Of a stretch of 64,000 nucleotides of DNA, positions 56,112-64,000 are shown piece by piece (positions within the stretch are counted from its first letter, which is position 1; each line of letters starts with the position of its first letter). The stretch covers positions 378,908-442,907 of the forward strand of contig CAMIXH010000001.1 of the NCBI GenBank assembly GCA_946402735.1. The letters run 5' to 3'. Both the position numbers and the translations under genes were made by a program. The notes below the pieces were generated by a model. The model was not told the origin of the DNA. It searched no databases and saw only the letters and a list, made by a program, of their open reading frames with translations. Source of the DNA: an uncultured Mycoplasmatota bacterium. Lineage in GTDB: Bacteria > Bacillota_I > Bacilli_A > RF39 > UBA660.

Positions 56112-57215
56112 TTACATTATCATATTGATTATTTCATTCATAACATATATCTTTTTCTCAGGTATATATATAAATTTATGAGTATCATCTACCACACTAT
56201 ACTCAAGTAGACCTTTTTTAGAATTAATTACTTTTGCTATCTTAGGAAATACTTCTAATATATCAACACCATATTTCTTATTAAACTCACATATGTTAAC
56301 ACCATTTAGTTTTCTAAGTCCCAGTATTATTTCATTTTCCATTTCTTCCTGAGTTGATACTAATAACTCATTAAACTTGTATTCACCTTTTAGATACTTA
56401 TTAAAGTTTCTTGTATTCTCATATCTAATCTTGCTTAAATAACCATGAGCACCTAGTCCAAATCCATAATACTCTTCATTATTCCAATAAGTAAGATTGT
56501 GTCTACTAGGATATCCTTCTTTAGCAAAATTACTTACTTCATAATGTTGATATCCTTTTCTTCTTAACTTCTTACATATATATTTATACATCTTAGCGTC
56601 TAAATCTTCATCAATATTCTTAATATTCTTATTAAATAAAACAGTATGTTCTTCTATTATTAGGGAATATGTACTTATATGAGTTACATCTAATGCTAAT
56701 ATTTCTTTTACATCTTTTTTAAATATATGCATTGTCTCTGTTGGAAGAGCATATATTAAATCAACGTTAATATTTTTAAAATATTTTTTAGCTAACTTAA
56801 TATTATTCTTGATCATATTCTTATCATGTTTTCTATTTAAAAATCTAAGATTTACTGAGTCAAAACTCTCAATGCCAATACTAATTCTATTAACACCCTT
56901 TTCTTTTAATAGCATTAATAAATCTTTATTTATATCATTAATATTGCATTCAAATGTGATTTCGGCATTTTCATTTTTCTTAAATACATCTAATATTTTA
57001 AATAAATAATTAATATCATCAAGACTAAGAGATGAAGGAGTTCCACCTCCAATATATATTGTTTTAACAGTATCTCCTTCATAATATTCATATATTTCAT
57101 TTTTTAAGGCATTCAAATAAGATTGTGCCCATTCTTCATTATATAAGAATTTACAAAAGTCACAATAAGAACATATACTCTTACAAAATGGAATATGAAT
57201 ATATACACTTCTCAT
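56112..57215 (-). CDS. hemW: Radical SAM heme chaperone HemW (HemN-like, oxygen-independent coproporphyrinogen oxidase family)
   Basis: Motifs YIHIPFCKSICSYCDF (CxxxCxxC), GGGTPS, and a HemN_C-like tail. Confidence 0.85.
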   Translation of the reverse strand: MRSVYIHIPFCKSICSYCDFCKFLYNEEWAQSYLNALKNEIYEYYEGDTVKTIYIGGGTPSSLSLDDINYLFKILDVFKKNENAEITFECNINDINKDLLMLLKEKGVNRISIGIESFDSVNLRFLNRKHDKNMIKNNIKLAKKYFKNINVDLIYALPTETMHIFKKDVKEILALDVTHISTYSLIIEEHTVLFNKNIKNIDEDLDAKMYKYICKKLRRKGYQHYEVSNFAKEGYPSRHNLTYWNNEEYYGFGLGAHGYLSKIRYENTRNFNKYLKGEYKFNELLVSTQEEMENEIILGLRKLNGVNICEFNKKYGVDILEVFPKIAKVINSKKGLLEYSVVDDTHKFIYIPEKKIYVMNEIINMIM

Positions 57216-57249
57216 ATATTTACCTCATTATAATTATACAATATTACAA

Positions 57250-57277
57250 AATAAAAAGATAGTTTATAAACTATCTT
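57250..57277 (-). terminator. Hairpin terminator after the sigma factor gene
   Basis: AAGATAGTTTATAAACTATCTT palindrome overlapping the stop codon, with a U-run. Confidence 0.65.
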
Positions 57278-58473
57278 CTATATGACAATTTAGCGCAATC
57301 ATTTGGATCGAATCCTTTAATTGTTTTATTTCTTCTTAATTTTCTTAAAGCTTTTGCTTCAATTTGTCTAATTCTTTCTCTAGTTACATGGAATTCTCTT
57401 CCAACATCCTCTAAAGTTCTAGTTCTACCATCTTCAAGCCCATATCTTAAAGCAATTACTGATTTTTCTCTAGGAGTTAGATTATTAGCATTATAGAATG
57501 CTTCTCTAAATTCATTCAAAAATATTAAATGAGATGGATCGTCTAAAGAAGTATCCTCTATAAAATCACCAAGTTCATTTGTATCCATTTCTACTCCATC
57601 TCCTATTGGAGCATTTAATGATACAGTGTTTTCAAATTTTTTAGTGAAATCAAGTTTTTCTTGACTAACACCTAATTCTTCAATAATTTTTTCATCACTT
57701 GGTTCTTCACCAAAGTTATCAAATTCATAATTACGAATAAATCTTCTAATTCTATTCATTTCATCATGTAGATGAACAGGAATTCTAATTGTTCTTGATT
57801 GATCTGCTAATGCACGAGAACAAGCTTGTCTAATCCACCAGGTTGCATATGTTGAAAATTTATATCCTTTATTTACATCAAACTTTGTAGCAGCTTTATC
57901 TAAACCAATATTTCCTTCTTGGATTAAATCTAAGAATGCTAATCCCAAACCAGTATATTTTTTAGCAATACTTACAACTAATCTTAAGTTACCTTCAATT
58001 AGTTTTAGTTTAGCTTTCTCATCGCCTTCAAGAATTTTATATCCTAACTCTTTTTCTTCTTCAGCAGTTAATAATGGAATAGCTCCTATTTCACTTAAAT
58101 ATTGTTTTACATTATCATCACTGAAATAATCAGCTGTTGCTTTAGTAAAATCTTCATTTTCTACTTGTTCTGATTTTAATTCTATTCCATTTCTCTCAGC
58201 ATATACTAAAGCTAAAACATAAAATAAATTATTACCTAAAAAAGTACTATAATCATCTAACTTTAATATTTCTGAAACCATAAAACTGATATTCTTATCA
58301 TTATCAATTAAGTATTCAGCATCGCTTAATTCAATACTATTATCATCACCAACATATTGTATTAAATCTTTACAGTTTCTCATTTGAACTAAGAAACCAC
58401 CTGATTTAAAATGATTCTTAGCATAATTAGAAATTATATCTACAATATTTGTATTATTTTCAATATTAGCCAT
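57271..58473 (-). CDS. rpoD: Primary-type (group 1/2) sigma-70 factor, RpoD/SigA-like
   Basis: Motifs [65 protein letters not shown] and [29 protein letters not shown] trimmed the start to ATG 58473, which has AGAGGGGGA upstream. The N-terminal ~130 aa are not recognisable as region 1.1. Confidence 0.8.
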   Translation of the reverse strand: MANIENNTNIVDIISNYAKNHFKSGGFLVQMRNCKDLIQYVGDDNSIELSDAEYLIDNDKNISFMVSEILKLDDYSTFLGNNLFYVLALVYAERNGIELKSEQVENEDFTKATADYFSDDNVKQYLSEIGAIPLLTAEEEKELGYKILEGDEKAKLKLIEGNLRLVVSIAKKYTGLGLAFLDLIQEGNIGLDKAATKFDVNKGYKFSTYATWWIRQACSRALADQSRTIRIPVHLHDEMNRIRRFIRNYEFDNFGEEPSDEKIIEELGVSQEKLDFTKKFENTVSLNAPIGDGVEMDTNELGDFIEDTSLDDPSHLIFLNEFREAFYNANNLTPREKSVIALRYGLEDGRTRTLEDVGREFHVTRERIRQIEAKALRKLRRNKTIKGFDPNDCAKLSYRR

Positions 58474-58503
58474 TTTGTATTCCCCCTCTTTCGAACGGGT
58501 CAT

Positions 58504-58532
58504 ATTATATCATAAACGCTTTAAAAAATCAA
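58504..58532 (-). promoter_or_regulatory. Promoter of the sigma factor gene
   Basis: Minus strand: TTGATT, 17 nt spacer, TATAAT with a TGn extension (ATGATATAAT). Confidence 0.6.
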
Positions 58533-58548
58533 GTTTTAGATAAAATAA

Positions 58549-58577
58549 TAACAAAAATATTATATATTTGTTATAAT
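58549..58577 (+). promoter_or_regulatory. Candidate promoter of the 364-aa gene
   Basis: Extended -10 TGTTATAAT (58569-58577). The -35 TAACAA is weak. Confidence 0.45.
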
Positions 58578-58595
58578 TATAATGGAGTGATTTAA

Positions 58596-59690
58596 ATGAT
58601 ATTATCAATTTGTGATGTCCCAGCAGTGTTAAAAGTATTAAAAATAGTAAAGATAGTTATCACTATAATCAAGATTGCTGTCCCTATTCTACTAATAATA
58701 GCAGCAATGCTTGATTTAGTTAAAGCAGTTACTAATTCAGAACTTAATAAAATGTCAAAACCTATTATAAATAAAGTAATTGTGGCTGTTCTGGTATTTT
58801 TAATACCAACATTTGTAAATACTATATTAACTATTACAATGACAGAAAATGAATATCAAAAATGCTTTAATAATGCTACTGATGAAAGAATAAGAGAGAT
58901 AAATATACAAACAATGGATAAACTAATTGAAAAAGCAAAAGAGGATGAATCAACTAGCTCAATTGGTGATGCTAAAGGATATCTTGTTAATATCAAAGAT
59001 CAAGATTTAATAGAAAAATATCAAAAAGAAATAGAAGAATTAGAAAAGAAACTTGAAGAAAAAAGAAAGAAAGAGGAAGAAGAAAGAAAAAAGAAACAAC
59101 AAGCAGATAATCCTCCTTCAGGACCAGGATATAATCCAGGTGGAACATTTAATGGTAATAAGTTTACTGTTAGTGAAGATGATTTATTCTTTATAACTAA
59201 AGTATCTGTATGTGAACAAGGTGATGCTACTGGAGCGGCTGCTGAAGCTTCTCTAATCGCAAATAGATATGATTTATATGGAAAGAATAAATATTCTACA
59301 ATAACTGATTATGTAAGAAACTCTGGATGGTGGTCTTGTGCTAAAAGTAAAAGAACAATAAATGTTAAAGACGAACATATAGCTGCTGTTAGAAATGTAA
59401 TTGTTAATGGAGTTAGAACCCTACCTCTATATGTAGATGAACATGACTGCTTTGATTGTAATAAATCATTATGTTCAAATGGTAACAGAGGTGACATTTG
59501 TAAAATAGTAACAAATGGTAGAACAATGGAAAGTATGTCTGATATTAAAAATAGAAGTAACTATATAAGTGGTCAAACAGTTTTATATAACAAATATGGT
59601 GGAACATACACATTCTATAGTTTCCCAACTAGTCATTCTGATCCATTTGGTTATACGGCAACTGGTTATAAAAGAGCAACAGGCAATTAA
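58596..59690 (+). CDS. Membrane-anchored protein: two-TM N-terminal module (paralog of 1659..2816), charged linker, C-terminal SleB/CwlJ-like (Hydrolase_2-like) domain
   Basis: The N-terminus MILSICDVPAVLKVLKIVKIVITIIKIAVPILL..LVKAVTNSELNKMSKPIINKVI..FLIPTFV matches 1659..2816. It has a KE-rich linker. The C-terminus LFFITKVSVCEQGDATGAAAEASLIANRYDL resembles the SleB-type motif. Confidence 0.4.
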   Translation: MILSICDVPAVLKVLKIVKIVITIIKIAVPILLIIAAMLDLVKAVTNSELNKMSKPIINKVIVAVLVFLIPTFVNTILTITMTENEYQKCFNNATDERIREINIQTMDKLIEKAKEDESTSSIGDAKGYLVNIKDQDLIEKYQKEIEELEKKLEEKRKKEEEERKKKQQADNPPSGPGYNPGGTFNGNKFTVSEDDLFFITKVSVCEQGDATGAAAEASLIANRYDLYGKNKYSTITDYVRNSGWWSCAKSKRTINVKDEHIAAVRNVIVNGVRTLPLYVDEHDCFDCNKSLCSNGNRGDICKIVTNGRTMESMSDIKNRSNYISGQTVLYNKYGGTYTFYSFPTSHSDPFGYTATGYKRATGN

Positions 59691-59718
59691 AAAGAGAGTT
59701 TTAAACTTTCTTTTTTTA
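59691..59718 (+). terminator. Rho-independent terminator of the 364-aa gene
   Basis: AAAGAGAGTT / AACTTTCTTT stem (one G-U pair) followed by a T-run. Confidence 0.65.
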
Positions 59719-59814
59719 TCTACCTAAACCTGTTGTCATTATCTCATACAATTCAGGTAATTTTGTTGCCATTGCAATTTTATCAGCTATACTATAACTA
59801 TGAATATCTTTCAT
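59716..59814 (-). CDS. Candidate 32-aa small ORF (MKDIHSYSIADKIAMATKLPELYEIMTTGLGR)
   Basis: ATG with GGTGGA 4 nt upstream. It lies between the tRNA terminator and the convergent terminator. Confidence 0.25.
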   Translation of the reverse strand: MKDIHSYSIADKIAMATKLPELYEIMTTGLGR

Positions 59815-59844
59815 ACTATCCACCTATTATTAAATATATCATAA

Positions 59845-59876
59845 CAACAAAAAATGTCTTATTGCTAAGACATTTT
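59845..59876 (-). terminator. Rho-independent terminator after tRNA-Arg
   Basis: AATGTCTTA / TAAGACATT stem with a 4-nt loop and TTTTTTG tail. Confidence 0.75.
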
Positions 59877-59886
59877 CTTTCAAATA

Positions 59887-59963
<77 letters not shown>

Positions 59964-59982
59964 AACTCGAATTACGAAAATA

Positions 59983-60011
59983 AGTATACAACATAATTTC
60001 GTAATTTTCAA
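59983..60011 (-). promoter_or_regulatory. Promoter of tRNA-Arg
   Basis: Minus strand: TTGAAA, 17 nt spacer, TATACT, about 20 nt upstream of the tRNA 5' end. Confidence 0.6.
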
Positions 60012-60033
60012 GTAATATTTTAATTTTAATGGT

Positions 60034-62865
60034 TTATTGCTTTGTTTGACTAATTAACCATTCTAGAATATCAGACTTACCATCTGAATTTTTATCAATA
60101 CTAAATGCATAATCGGTTACATCGCTATGACACATTTCACCTACATTTGTAAAATCACTTTTTCTACCTAAATATGTAAATAAATCTTCCATATTTCTAG
60201 CAGCATTCCATCCACTTGTAGTACCGGTACATCGTTTCCCATTAACCCAAGTAGAAGTTGAAGTTGTTTCTCCATATCCTTTCATTGGAATCATTTTAAA
60301 GTAATTATAATTGTTTTTTATTACATTAGAACTACTATCATGTCCTGTACTAGTAGATAAAATAGCACTAAATAAGTCTTTATTCTCAGCAACAAAGTTA
60401 TACATATACCATCCACCTGTACTACATCCTGTTACTGATATTTTATTCTTATTTATTTTATATTTATCAACTATATCGTTAATATGCTTTCTTAAACTAG
60501 TACTCCAACTACCACCATAACTTATATTAGGTAAATATATAAATACTTTTGATTTTATATAAATTGATGTACCTGCAGTTAATCTATTAACATCTAATGA
60601 AACAGCATAATCAGATGCTGGTATAAATACAAGCATAGGCATATTCTCTACTGCATTTTTCGGAATATAAAGGTTATCTTTATAGACACTATCATTTTGA
60701 AAATAAGTTGATTTAAGACCACTTTCTACATTTAATGGTTTGTCTTCATAGACTGTTACTTTTACTGTAACTTTTTTATCACTATTATCCTTAGACTTTG
60801 CTGTTATTGTAGCAGTACCATTTTTACTCTTTGAAGTTATTTTTCCATTAGAATCTACTGAAGCTATACTAGTATCACTACTTGAATATATAACTTGTTT
60901 ATTTGTAGCATTTGTTGGTAAAACAGTTACATCCCATTGGAAAGTTTTATTATACTTTAAAGTTTTAGTTGTTACATCTGTTGATAATTTAGTAACTGGA
61001 ATAGTTTTAACATTAACAGTTATAGTTTTACTATCTGTTAAATTTGGATTACTAACAGATTTAACAGTTATTTTAGCACTACCAGATTTTATAGCACTAA
61101 CTACTCCATTTGAATCTACTACAGCAACACCAGTATTACTACTAGACCATGTTACCTTTTTATTTGTTGCATTATCTGGAGTTACTGTTGCTGATAATGT
61201 AATATTATCGCCTTCATAAACAGAATAAACATTACTATTAATCTTAACACTTGTTACATCAACAGTCTTTTTATTAACAGTTATTTTAACAGAGGCAGTT
61301 TTATTGTTATATGTACTTGCTGTTATAGTAGCGCTACCTTTTTTCTTAGCAGTTACTTTTCCATTAGAATCAACCGTTGCTACGCTAGTATCACTACTAG
61401 ACCATGTAACACTTTTATTTGTTGCATCTTGTGGTACATATGTAACAACAAGTGAAAACTTATCTTCTTCTATTAAAGTCTTGCTTGATGTATTTAATGA
61501 TATGCTACTTACTTCAATAACTTTTGCTTTAACTGTTACTAAAACTTCACTTTTAATATTCTTATTACTTACACTTGTAATTATTATTTTAGTTTTACCA
61601 GATTTCTTAGCAGTAATTACTCCATTACTATTAATAGTAGCAATACTACTATCTTCACTAGTATATTTAACTATTTTATTAGTAGCGTCACTTGGATTAA
61701 CATTAACTATTAAAGTTTTAGTATCTCCTTCTGTTAATTTAATATTATTTTCTTTTACTACAATTGATTTAACTTCTACTATTGGAGTTGGTTTTATCGG
61801 TGTTTCTTTTTTACTAACTACTACTATACAAGTATTTTTCTTATTGTTAGCACTTGCTGTTATGGTTACTTTACCAGCTTTTAATGCTTTAATGTTTCCA
61901 TCTTGATCAATACTTGCAATACTAACATCTGAACTAGTAAACTTAACCGGAATGTTAGCACTTAATTTAGTTGTTTCTCCTACTTCCATTTCGATATTAT
62001 AATTACTTAGAATAATCTTTTCTTCTTCATTAACATATACTGTTATTTGAGAGTTTATTTCATCATCAGATTTAACACTAATGATTGCATATCCTTTTGA
62101 TATAGCAAATACTGTTCCGTTTGAATCTACTTTTGCAACACTAGTATCACTACTAGACCATTCTAGTTCCTTTTGACTAGCATTACTTGGAACCACATTA
62201 ACACTAAGAGTTTTCTTTTCTCCAACATTTAGATTTAATTCATTTTCATTTATATTTATTTCTTCTATTTTTATGTCAGTTGCTATAACAGTAATTTCTA
62301 CACTATTAGAAGCATCCCCATTAGTAACAGTAATATGTGTTTTTCCTTCTTTTATACCAGTTACATTACCATAGGCGTCTACTTTAGCTATTGTTTCATC
62401 TTCACTTTTATATGTTAAATAAGTACTTATATTATCTTGATTATTAACTTTAACATTTATTTTTTTAGTATCATTAACATTAACACTAAAATTCCCTTCA
62501 AGTTCTAAATCTGTTACTTCAACATTAACTACGCTTATTGCTAGTTTTTGTTTACCTATTCCATTTTTAAATCTTACTGATACTTCAGAATTACCTTGTT
62601 TTAATGCTTTTATCTCACCATGATCATTAACTTCTATTATATTCTTATCTTTAGAACTAAAGATATAATTATCATAATCAAACTTTTCAACATTTGAAGG
62701 AATTATCTTCATTTGATAAGAACTACCAACATCTAATGTTACTTCTTCTTCCATTAAATAAATACTATATGAATCAGTATAAAAAAAGTATATTCCATAT
62801 ATTAATAATAAAACTACGAATACATAAAAAATAATTGTTAATATTTTCATTACCTTTTTATTCAT
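60034..62865 (-). CDS. Membrane-anchored surface protein: about eight Big_2 (bacterial Ig-like) domains plus C-terminal alpha/beta-hydrolase (esterase) domain
   Basis: N-terminal TM segment. Repeated ..L.VGE...L...V.P..A.N..V.WSSSD.S(V/I)A.VDSNG.V.A...G.A.IT units. The C-terminus has PMLVFIP and the nucleophile elbow GCSTGG. Confidence 0.8.
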   Translation of the reverse strand: MNKKVMKILTIIFYVFVVLLLIYGIYFFYTDSYSIYLMEEEVTLDVGSSYQMKIIPSNVEKFDYDNYIFSSKDKNIIEVNDHGEIKALKQGNSEVSVRFKNGIGKQKLAISVVNVEVTDLELEGNFSVNVNDTKKINVKVNNQDNISTYLTYKSEDETIAKVDAYGNVTGIKEGKTHITVTNGDASNSVEITVIATDIKIEEININENELNLNVGEKKTLSVNVVPSNASQKELEWSSSDTSVAKVDSNGTVFAISKGYAIISVKSDDEINSQITVYVNEEEKIILSNYNIEMEVGETTKLSANIPVKFTSSDVSIASIDQDGNIKALKAGKVTITASANNKKNTCIVVVSKKETPIKPTPIVEVKSIVVKENNIKLTEGDTKTLIVNVNPSDATNKIVKYTSEDSSIATINSNGVITAKKSGKTKIIITSVSNKNIKSEVLVTVKAKVIEVSSISLNTSSKTLIEEDKFSLVVTYVPQDATNKSVTWSSSDTSVATVDSNGKVTAKKKGSATITASTYNNKTASVKITVNKKTVDVTSVKINSNVYSVYEGDNITLSATVTPDNATNKKVTWSSSNTGVAVVDSNGVVSAIKSGSAKITVKSVSNPNLTDSKTITVNVKTIPVTKLSTDVTTKTLKYNKTFQWDVTVLPTNATNKQVIYSSSDTSIASVDSNGKITSKSKNGTATITAKSKDNSDKKVTVKVTVYEDKPLNVESGLKSTYFQNDSVYKDNLYIPKNAVENMPMLVFIPASDYAVSLDVNRLTAGTSIYIKSKVFIYLPNISYGGSWSTSLRKHINDIVDKYKINKNKISVTGCSTGGWYMYNFVAENKDLFSAILSTSTGHDSSSNVIKNNYNYFKMIPMKGYGETTSTSTWVNGKRCTGTTSGWNAARNMEDLFTYLGRKSDFTNVGEMCHSDVTDYAFSIDKNSDGKSDILEWLISQTKQ
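60748..62754 (-). repeat. Eight tandem ~80-85-aa Big_2 coding repeats
   Basis: Units start near residues 38, 118, 198, 284, 365, 450, 535 and 622. The DNA-level similarity produces a long spurious antisense ORF. Confidence 0.8.
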
Positions 62866-62921
62866 AGGACACCTCTATCATATATTCATTTTATAATGAA
62901 ATATATAAAAATACAATTAGA

Positions 62922-62950
62922 TAAATAAAAAATGCCTTTAAAAAGGCATT
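62922..62950 (-). terminator. Rho-independent terminator of aspS
   Basis: AATGCCTT / AAGGCATT stem with a 4-nt loop and U-run, immediately after the stop codon. Confidence 0.75.
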
Positions 62951-64000
62951 TTATTCAGCTATTTTTATATGAGCTTCTTTTAATTGTTTATCAAATACTT
63001 CTCCCGGGCAACCCATCATAGCATCACTACCATTTGCTCCAAGTGGGAAAGCAACCATTTCTCTAATATTTTCTTCATCTTTTAAAAGCATAAGTATTCT
63101 ATCTATTCCAGGAGCCATACCAGCATGAGGAGGTGCTCCATATTTAAATGCTTCATATAATGATGGGAATTTAGATTTAACTACTTCTTCATTATATCCT
63201 GCTATATCAAATGCTTTCTTTAGTATTTCAGTACTATGATTTCTTACTCCACCACTAGCCATTTCATATCCATTACATACAAAGTCATATTGGTATGCTT
63301 TTATATCTAGTGGATTCATAGTATTAAGTGCTTCAAGTCCACCCTGTGGCATTGAGAATGGATTATGTGAGAATTCAATTGATCCATCATCTTCATTCAA
63401 TTCATAGAATGGGAAATCATTTATAATACAGAATTCATATCTTGATTTATCAATTAAATCTAATTCTTGACCAAGTCTAATTCTTAATTGTCCCATTAAC
63501 TTAGCGCATCTTTCTTTATCAGCAATAATAAATACTACATTATTTTCTTTTAAAGACAATCTTTCTTTTAATTCATTTCTTACTTCATCACTAAAGAATT
63601 TATCTAAACTAGATTTGAATGTTAAATCTTCATTTACTTTAATATATCCAAGTACTCCACCAATTGATTTAACATATTCTTCCATAGATTTATACCATGA
63701 ATTTGATTTATCAATTGATTCAACTTTAATACATCTAACTGTATTATTTTTAAATGGTTCAAAATCACTCTTAGTCATAATATCACTTATATCTTCAATG
63801 ATAAGTGGATTTCTTAAATCTGGTTTATCACTACCATATTTAAGTATTGCTTCTGTATATGGTATCCTTCTAAATGGAATTGGACTTACTTCTTTATTTC
63901 CAAATTTACTAAAGATATCATAGAATACTTTTTGTCCTACATCATAAACATCTTCTTCTGTAACAAAAGACATTTCAAAGTCTAATTGATAAAATTCACC
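62951..64000 (-). CDS. aspS: Aspartate--tRNA ligase, C-terminal part (N-terminus beyond the window end)
   Basis: The frame is open to position 64000 (..GEFYQLDFEMSFVTEE..). It has a GAD insertion domain, YGSDKPDLR, and motif 3 GAPPHAGMAPGIDRILMLL. Confidence 0.9.
   Translation of the reverse strand, partial: GEFYQLDFEMSFVTEEDVYDVGQKVFYDIFSKFGNKEVSPIPFRRIPYTEAILKYGSDKPDLRNPLIIEDISDIMTKSDFEPFKNNTVRCIKVESIDKSNSWYKSMEEYVKSIGGVLGYIKVNEDLTFKSSLDKFFSDEVRNELKERLSLKENNVVFIIADKERCAKLMGQLRIRLGQELDLIDKSRYEFCIINDFPFYELNEDDGSIEFSHNPFSMPQGGLEALNTMNPLDIKAYQYDFVCNGYEMASGGVRNHSTEILKKAFDIAGYNEEVVKSKFPSLYEAFKYGAPPHAGMAPGIDRILMLLKDEENIREMVAFPLGANGSDAMMGCPGEVFDKQLKEAHIKIAE

Noticed and set aside
61304-61906. 200-aa plus-strand ORF with many hydrophobic segments.
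   Set aside because: It is antisense to the Big_2 repeat region of the 943-aa gene. Its Leu/Val/Thr-rich low-complexity translation is the mirror of the Thr/Val/Ser/Asn-rich repeats. It has no ribosome-binding site.
60748-62754. Regular ~250-nt DNA periodicity (also 24417..25661 and 54671..55915) that could be mistaken for a repeat array or CRISPR.
   Set aside because: The units are long, diverged and in-frame parts of large ORFs (Big_2, Cys-rich and Flg_new protein repeats). There are no short identical repeats with unique spacers, and no cas genes.

Overview
This is a very AT-rich chromosomal segment of low-GC Firmicutes type. It shows Bacillus-like micro-synteny: rlmB-sigH, ylbL/ylbM/rpmF, rplU-prp-rpmA, sepF-divIVA and mraZ-rsmH-ftsL-pbp2B. 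I call about 61 protein genes, and all but two are on the minus strand. Many junctions are tight or overlapping (ATGA, GTGA, or a stop codon inside the next Shine-Dalgarno). I also call one tRNA-Arg(UCU), a glyQS T-box leader, a probable L21 leader, an MraZ operator array, and many rho-independent terminators and sigma-A-type promoters. Core genes include ruvAB, lgt, polA, dnaE, glyQS, rnhB, lon, rbgA, murE, mraY, holA, hemW, a primary-type sigma factor and aspS. I see no transposase, integrase, CRISPR array or recognisable defence-system hallmark. All domain calls come from motifs read by eye, with no database search.

The most interesting observations are:
1. Ribosomal protein L32 carries an N-terminal extension almost identical to the Prp-cleaved propeptide of L27 encoded in the same window.
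2. Six type IV pilin-like genes are scattered between replication and translation genes, with no pilus assembly genes nearby. One is coupled directly behind dnaE. A tandem pair shares a pilin core but has unrelated C-terminal modules.
3. A two-gene pseudopilin-like operon lies next to a 1028-aa secreted protein. The two share a domain, and the large protein's C-terminal 600 aa are eukaryote-like C-x2-C...G-x-Y cysteine-rich repeats.
4. Two paralogous proteins share a two-TM N-terminal module fused to different predicted wall-hydrolase domains. Each lies next to a sigma factor gene.
5. The dcw cluster is broken up and reordered.
6. There are also an orphan 572-aa metallophosphoesterase, a locally GC-rich intergenic region with a small ORF, and a candidate antisense small RNA.
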